This document shows, in pieces, positions 57,879 through 64,000 of a stretch of DNA of 64,000 nucleotides (positions within the stretch are counted from its first letter, which is position 1; the number at the start of each line of letters is the position of its first letter). The position numbers and the translations under genes were made by a program. This stretch comes from Balanoglossus misakiensis. Its lineage: Eukaryota; Animalia; Hemichordata. Under the pieces are notes generated by a model, which was not told where the DNA came from, ran no database searches, and was given only the letters and a program-made list of their open reading frames with translations. Where the stretch lies: contig JBECUI020000030.1 in assembly GCA_040954595.2 (NCBI GenBank), positions 281,261 to 345,260 on the forward strand, given 5' to 3'.

Positions 57879-58003
57879 TATTTTCCTCCTTAGTCTACAA
57901 TGCAGCTTTTTTTGATACTGCCTAAGTTTGTATCACATGCTACAAGAAATAATATCTCTTTATACTATAATGTACCTTTTAATATTGTCAATAGACTCCT
58001 TCT

Positions 58004-59338
58004 TTAATTTGTTGTTGTTCCGGAAGTTTTTTCTACTGTTACTTCGTAGTTATGGATAGCAACAATCCCTTTTCCACCCTGCAACTCTGTTCCTAATTCA
58101 ATGCTTCCAACATGGTCTGTTACCAGACCGTCTTCGTAGTCAAAGTACCCATTGTTTTTTGCATAATCAAGAAATAATTTTACATCAACAGTTGTTTGTA
58201 TGGTGGTTTGGGGACCATCATGCATGAAGTCCCTGTTTCTGGCATCGGCACTGGTTTTTAGTACGAATACCGTGTAATCACCAAGACCGGTTGGACCTGC
58301 GCCATCATATAACATATAGTTTTCCGGGATGCCATCATTACCCATACCATCTAGGAGAATATTCTCTTCCACCTTTTGTCCTGCAGGGAACATGTCGTTT
58401 CTTCGAAGCCATATATGAAATTCGTGTATTTTTGTAGTAACATTTCTGGGAACAATGCTCGGACGAACATCCTTATCGTATAGCCATACCTCTATTCCTA
58501 AATTGTAGGAAGGACTGAAACGAGCTTCGGGGTCAGGTTCTTCAATAACGTTTGAAAGATTCATTTCTAAATCTATGGTAGTTTCTAACTTTGTTATATC
58601 CCCGAGTTGAGCCACAAGACTGCTATCAGTAGACCATTTCGACCATGGACGATGGCCGAATAGAATTGCAGGAAATGAAATAACGCCGTTCCTGGACCAG
58701 ACAAAGAACCAGCCAAGTGGGAAGGTGGGTTTGTCTGATGAGTTTTTCAGCGCAAAAATTTTCTGAAATGATTGCTCGCTGGGATAATCAGGTACTATGC
58801 CGATATTCCAGAGATTGTTTACTAACTCAAAACGAGAGCGATTGCTTGTCGTTAGATCGCCGTTCCCATCTGTATATGGGACAGGAGTTTTCGGACCAAA
58901 ATAGAATCGTGAATTGGTACCATCTGCAATAATAAATTTGTCTTCGTTAATATTCTCTTCGTCGCAAAGTCCAAGCCTTACGCTATCATATTGGCAAATG
59001 TAGTCCGGAATTGTGGTACCACCACCACCGCCGTCGGTTCCACCACCGCCATCGGTTCCACCACCGCCATCGGTTCCACCACCGCCATCGGTTCCACCAC
59101 CGCCATCGGTTCCGCCACCGCCATCGGTTCCACCACCGCCATCGGTTCCACCACCGCCGTCGGTTCCGCCACCGCCATCGGTTCCGCCACCGCCATCGGT
59201 TCCACCACCGCCATCGGTTCCACCACCGTCGGTTCCACCACCGTCCAGATCGCCGATTGCATCTGTAAGAATAAGATCACAACCAAACAGTAATGGAATA
59301 CTTAGAAATAAAACAAATACAATAATTATACTTTTCAT
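58004..59338 (-). CDS. GH12-like endoglucanase lipoprotein with Gly-rich linker
   Basis: LFG-C lipobox. NNLWN, FPAILFGHRPW, YNLGIEVWL, EFHIWL and IELGTE match GH12 motifs. Confidence 0.7.
   Translation of the reverse strand: MKSIIIVFVLFLSIPLLFGCDLILTDAIGDLDGGGTDGGGTDGGGGTDGGGGTDGGGGTDGGGGTDGGGGTDGGGGTDGGGGTDGGGGTDGGGGTDGGGGTDGGGGGTTIPDYICQYDSVRLGLCDEENINEDKFIIADGTNSRFYFGPKTPVPYTDGNGDLTTSNRSRFELVNNLWNIGIVPDYPSEQSFQKIFALKNSSDKPTFPLGWFFVWSRNGVISFPAILFGHRPWSKWSTDSSLVAQLGDITKLETTIDLEMNLSNVIEEPDPEARFSPSYNLGIEVWLYDKDVRPSIVPRNVTTKIHEFHIWLRRNDMFPAGQKVEENILLDGMGNDGIPENYMLYDGAGPTGLGDYTVFVLKTSADARNRDFMHDGPQTTIQTTVDVKLFLDYAKNNGYFDYEDGLVTDHVGSIELGTELQGGKGIVAIHNYEVTVEKTSGTTTN
59018..59246. repeat. 18-bp coding tandem repeat (about 12x GGGGTD)
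   Basis: CCACCACCGCCATCGGTT units. Confidence 0.95.
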
Positions 59339-59577
59339 ATAATACCTCTAAATACATTATATACTATTAATAAAATAAATGAATAGTATATAATATGCAT
59401 TTTAGTAAAATTAATAGATATTATTTAATGATATTGTAGGTCTATCTTAAAATGGATCAAGCAATAACTGAGATAGTGAGGGGGAAGGCTGGTCAAACAA
59501 CAGCAAAGCTAAACTCTGCTGTTGTTCGGCTACTGCACTGTTAAGCGTTTTGAAATTGTTTTTTGGTATATTTCCTG

Positions 59578-59889
59578 CCATCCACAACCCCCACCCATCA
59601 GGGGTGGTATTAAGAACTACCACAAAAAGTGGCTGTTTGCTTGAGGTTTGCGAGGATATTTATCAATTTTTTTTTGTATAATGCCCCATCCACAACCCCC
59701 ACCCATTCAGGGGTGGTATTAAGAATTACCACAAAAAGTGGCTGTTTGCTTGAGGTTTGCGAGGATATTTATCAATTTTTTTTTGTATAATGCCCCATCC
59801 ACAACCCCCACCCATCAGGGGTGGTATTAAGAATTACCACAAAAAGTGGCTGTTTGCTTGAGGTTTGCGAGGATATTTATCAATTTTTC
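59578..59889. repeat. Intergenic tandem repeat, about 2.9 copies of a 108-bp unit
   Basis: Units start at 59578, 59686 and 59795; near-identical. Confidence 0.95.
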
Positions 59890-59981
59890 AACTCTTAATT
59901 CACAACGCATCAGAGGTACTTGTTTCCGTTCAAACGGAGATCTGTCTACCGCTTTTGATGTAGATTGTATCATCTATTTTT

Positions 59982-61304
59982 TTATTTGCTTTGTTGAATA
60001 GTCTTTTGATAGTAGTAATAACTGTCTTTCGGTATGCGCTTTAATGTTTTGAAGTCGCAGTATACAATGCCAAAACGTTTTGAATACCCGAAAGACCATT
60101 CAAAATTATCAATGATGGACCATAGAAAATATCCCTTTAATGGTATATCTTCTGCAATAGCTTGCTTGCAGGCTTGTAAATGTTGCTGCAAGAAGTGTAT
60201 GCGTCCAAAGTCGTGTACCTGATTGTCGACACTAAGCACATCGTTCCATGAAGAACCGTTTTCGGTAATATACAAGTCCATGCCGTCTGTTTCTTTGTTG
60301 ACGAAGCGTAGTAGACGTAACATACCATCAGGTACAATTGGCCATGGCATCTCAGTATGCGGAACTTTTGGTGACTCTAGGACGAACTTTTCCGGGGCTG
60401 ATGCCTTATATTTTGCCAATGGTTCCGTGTAATAGTTTAGTCCGAAGAAATCGACTTTTTCTGCCATAATTTTCATATCATTTTGTTGAATAGGCATCGT
60501 TATTTTTTGTGCTTTGAGATGCCGTTCAGGATAGTCTTTGCCGATAAGTGGGTTCAGGAACATGCGGGTGTCGCGATCGGCAGCGCGGTCAGCAGCTTGT
60601 ATATCTGCCTTCGTATTACTTGCAGGACAGGGAAGACCGAGATTGAGTGCGGTTCCTATTTGTCCTTGGTAGTTGCCGCTCCGAAATGCTTGCACGGCAA
60701 GACCATGTGATAAGTTGAGGTGGTGAATAGCCTTGTATGCCCGGCCCTTATTCTTAATGCCCGGTGCATGGATGCCCCAGAGGTAACCGAGAATAGCGCT
60801 ACACCAAGGTTCGTTTTGTGGGATCCACATTGCGACTTTTTTGTGGAATCGCTGGAATATTTCTTGTGCGTAATCGGCAAAATAATACGCAGTATCGCGG
60901 TTTGACCAGCCACCTTTTTCTTCTAATGCTTGGGGGAGCTCCCAGTGATACAGAGTAACACATGGCTGTATGCCCGCTTTTTTTAATGCATCAATGAGAC
61001 GCTTATAATAATCTAGTCCCTGCTCGTTGATGGCACCGGTTCCATCGGGAAATATACGAGACCAAGAAATGGAAAATCGATATGAACCTACGCCGAGATC
61101 CTTCATGAGTGCTATGTCTTCTTCATAGCGATGGTAGGCATCAACTGCAACGGAACCGTTTTCTCCTGCATAAACCTTACCGGGCTTACGAGAAAAAACA
61201 TCCCAAGATGATTCACCACAGCCATATAGTTTTCGATTTGTTGCACCTTCCACTTGATAAGCTGCACTTGCACAACCCCATAGAAAGTTATTGGGAAACG
61301 TCAT
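59982..61304 (-). CDS. GH1 beta-glucosidase
   Basis: FLWGCASAAYQVEG, YRFSISW, NEPW, ITENG, DNFEW. GGAGG RBS precedes ATG 61304. Confidence 0.92.
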   Translation of the reverse strand: MTFPNNFLWGCASAAYQVEGATNRKLYGCGESSWDVFSRKPGKVYAGENGSVAVDAYHRYEEDIALMKDLGVGSYRFSISWSRIFPDGTGAINEQGLDYYKRLIDALKKAGIQPCVTLYHWELPQALEEKGGWSNRDTAYYFADYAQEIFQRFHKKVAMWIPQNEPWCSAILGYLWGIHAPGIKNKGRAYKAIHHLNLSHGLAVQAFRSGNYQGQIGTALNLGLPCPASNTKADIQAADRAADRDTRMFLNPLIGKDYPERHLKAQKITMPIQQNDMKIMAEKVDFFGLNYYTEPLAKYKASAPEKFVLESPKVPHTEMPWPIVPDGMLRLLRFVNKETDGMDLYITENGSSWNDVLSVDNQVHDFGRIHFLQQHLQACKQAIAEDIPLKGYFLWSIIDNFEWSFGYSKRFGIVYCDFKTLKRIPKDSYYYYQKTIQQSK

Positions 61305-61482
61305 TGGATCCACCTCCATTTGTTAACTAAACATTATCATACAATGTCTCTGATGGTCTAGATATAGAGAGTAAAATTTTGTGAAACTACGTAAGAAATA
61401 TTGTTGTATACATTGCAAGGAATAGGCATTAATAGATATTGGTAAAAAACTTTGTTGTAGTTACGGAAACTTTATTCCCGGA

Positions 61483-63428
61483 TTACGAACTAGTTATTCT
61501 ACAGCGGTGTAATACTTCCGTTAATTGCGATATTGTTCCTGTGGGACGCTTGGAAAAAAGCAATTCTAATGTATCATAATACTGATTCCAATGCATTTGT
61601 TCTGTTTGATAGCGTTTTTGCATCCATGTACTGTGGGCATTGCTGTCAAGGACATCAACAAGAGCTTCTTCGGCAAGGCGGAATTGTTCCATTGCTTTTT
61701 TTTCTGAATCGGAATCTTTTCGGATCGATATACAATGGAGCATGAGCCTTCCGACTGCACATGCAAGTGGGGCAGTATTGGTAAAACAACTGGTAAATGG
61801 AGCAAAATCTTGCTTGAATTTTGTTAATCCTCCCGGCAGACATTCGGCATACCGAGAGAAAATGACCGTACGAAGGATATCCCCTGCATAGGTGCCGAGT
61901 TTTGCAGCTTTTATGGCATCACTTGCGAATGCTTCTTTATCGTGCCGCATAATCAGACCTGCAGCATGTACATACCGTAGGGGCGGATGGTTCGTTGTAC
62001 CGGATGGACCACTATAGACCGACATGAGATAAGCCTGATCTTCTGCCCTGCCGACAAACGATGGAGTAAAAGGTCGGTGTCGTTGCAGTGCATTAAGTAG
62101 AATGCCGTTTGTTCCTCCCGTTACATGCAGACGTTGCAGCCCACGATTCTGACCGTCAAGATGGGTACCGTCATACTTCGTCATCATTTCTGCACGGGTT
62201 GAACATGCCATCATGGTGGTACGGGGGAAAAAAAGATCATTTGGAGAAAGAGGTTCATCGGGATATTTGACGTCTGGAGTAAAAAGCCCTTGGGATATGT
62301 CTTTTTCGTTTACTAATGCACCAGCAATCATGCCAAGTTCAACCCATTGATCGGTATGATCCTTTGCCTGGGCACCCCATAGTGGGGTTCGAAAATGATC
62401 AAGTGCTGATTTTCCCGTTTCAGAAAATATTTCAGGTTGTGAAAATACTTGATCTAGGTCAAACTTAAAAGTTGCTCGTATATCGGGGGCAATGCAGAGT
62501 TGCCAGAGAAGTGGGGCTGCCTTGAGAAAAGAATAATGCCGACCGTACATACCGTTTACGCCGAATACTTCTGCAATGTCGGCAGCACGGGTTTCTTTTG
62601 TGGCGGAAGCAAGTATGTCTGCAATTTCTATTGTTTCTGACTCGGTTACTATATATACCTCTAAGTGGGAAAGGTTAGCATGATTTTCCAACTCATTGGT
62701 CAGGTATTCTTTGGCGATGCTTGCTAATCCTTTGTGAGTAACGGAAACTGATAAGAGAACTCGAATTCGTACGTCTTCGGGAAGATTGTTCTGTTCCTTT
62801 TCCCATTTCAGCATGTTTGAGATCCCATTGAGACCATAGATCAACTCGTTTGCATCACGTGAAACCCCAATAGGCATGGGATGGTCGTACCAGTATTGTT
62901 GATGTTCGTGTACAATCTCGTGGAGCTTTTTTTTCATGGAAGAGGAGATGTCGAGAGAGTCAATCTTGTCCGGGTCGGGGATTGTCAGCAATACATTGGA
63001 GGTAAAAAGTATTTCAGAAGCAGGATCACGTATCGGATTGGGGTTAGGGCTAATGCTGTGAATAGTTCGGGTGTTCCGGACGTCTTGCTCTAATGCTTCA
63101 TAATTGTTGGAAGATTGCGTAAATGTTAATGCTTCAGGACAAAACACCGACCAGAGTAAGGTACGAAAGGGCAAGTCGGTGAGTTCAGGTTTGTTTTGAC
63201 AAATTCCCCCAGTTCCAATAGTGACTGCTTGGTATTTGCAGGTAATGTTTCCAATTCGGTTGCGATTGCACGTGCAATAGGAAAGGGGTGTGGTTCATCA
63301 AGCGGATGTTCCGCTTCTAAGTGATAAAGGAAATCAGTGAGAGGAAGAAATGTTTCAGAGGTTTCATCAATCTGATTTGCTAAAAATCTAATTACACGTG
63401 CATATGAATTTGTATACATGGTTTCCAT
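61483..63428 (-). CDS. Conserved hypothetical protein (about 650 aa, one frameshift near 63150), possible GT-A-like fold
   Basis: ORFs 63126-63428 and 61483-63174 join. Motifs GRHYSFLKA, KFDLDQVF, GGTNG, RAEDQ. Confidence 0.6.
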
Positions 63429-63473
63429 GTATATATGGTACTATATTTATAGTCTTCTTATCAATAAACGGAT

Positions 63474-64000
63474 CTACTGCACTGTGATAATAAACTCCAC
63501 AATTGGATTCTGCGGCGTACTGAAATCGGCACTTGTTGTTTGTATCCTTATGACATAGTTGCCGTCATCAGTGCCATTATTGACATTCAAGGTCCTTCCG
63601 TCGGTAATGCTGAATGTGTCGTTATGGCTTGTATCATCTGTCGGCAGACTGTACTGCGGATTTTCCAGTTGTCCTGCAAGGGAGTCGTTCTGTGCTGTAA
63701 TGCTTAGTGGCGTTCCTATCGAGATAGTTGTCTGCGGTAATGTAATATACCATGGACCGAGGTTCTGATTGAAGGCACTCGCACCGGAAAACATGGAACT
63801 CATATCAGTTACCTTGGATATATCCCAGTTGCTCAAGTCCCGATTAAAGGCACTCGCACCGGAAAACATGGAACTCATATCAGTTACCATGGAGGTGTTC
63901 CAGTTGTTCACGCTCTGATTGAAGGCGCTAGCACCAAAGAACATGGAACTCATATCAGTTACCACGGAGGTGTCCCAGTTATGCACGTTCTGATTGAAGG
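63474..64000 (-). CDS. BspA/DUF285 repeat surface protein, 3' part (5' beyond window)
   Basis: 25-aa repeats [22 protein letters not shown] (75-bp DNA period at 63765/63840/63915/63990) plus a C-terminal cadherin-like segment. Confidence 0.85.
   Translation of the reverse strand, partial: FNQNVHNWDTSVVTDMSSMFFGASAFNQSVNNWNTSMVTDMSSMFSGASAFNRDLSNWDISKVTDMSSMFSGASAFNQNLGPWYITLPQTTISIGTPLSITAQNDSLAGQLENPQYSLPTDDTSHNDTFSITDGRTLNVNNGTDDGNYVIRIQTTSADFSTPQNPIVEFIITVQ

Noticed and set aside
58978-59342. His/Arg-rich, Pro-rich and other ORFs over the 18-bp repeat
   Set aside because: Shadow frames of the GGGGTD linker in the GH12-like gene.
59578-59889. CRISPR array
   Set aside because: Units are 108 bp and identical throughout, with no unique spacers and no cas genes.

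Overview
Chromosomal window from a bacterium that looks like a spirochaete (inference: spirochaete-style 23S ends, an unlinked 23S-5S operon, Cys-less 'A-G-x-x-E' binding-protein N-termini). It probably comes from a long-read assembly, because genes between about 17.8 and 48.2 kb are repeatedly broken by 1-bp indels in homopolymers. From the left: a GmrSD-like DUF262/HNH nuclease, an SDR/TetR pair, and an opine dehydrogenase-symporter-enolase-superfamily operon. Next is a 16.5-kb plastic region with FIVE paralogous two-gene cassettes, each a small predicted outer-membrane beta-barrel overlapping by 32 bp a lipoprotein S41 (tricorn/CPAF-like) protease. A 37-aa-TPR protein with a C-terminal HNH-like domain and a UlaABC-like PTS interrupt the array. 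Then come a BMP nucleoside ABC transporter, gabD, and a beta-1,3-glucan-type locus with no TonB/SusC gene (GH-TIM-barrel::beta-barrel fusion, multi-CBM lipoprotein, GH16, ABC). The rest holds a sugar ABC transporter with GH3, a MATE pump, a 23S-5S operon with no 16S, a GH43/ABC/GH12/GH1 glycan locus containing a 3x108-bp noncoding tandem repeat, a GT-A-like hypothetical protein and a DUF285/BspA surface protein. The best candidate for an undescribed system is the diversifying barrel + surface-protease cassette array. All family assignments come from motif recognition, not database searches.
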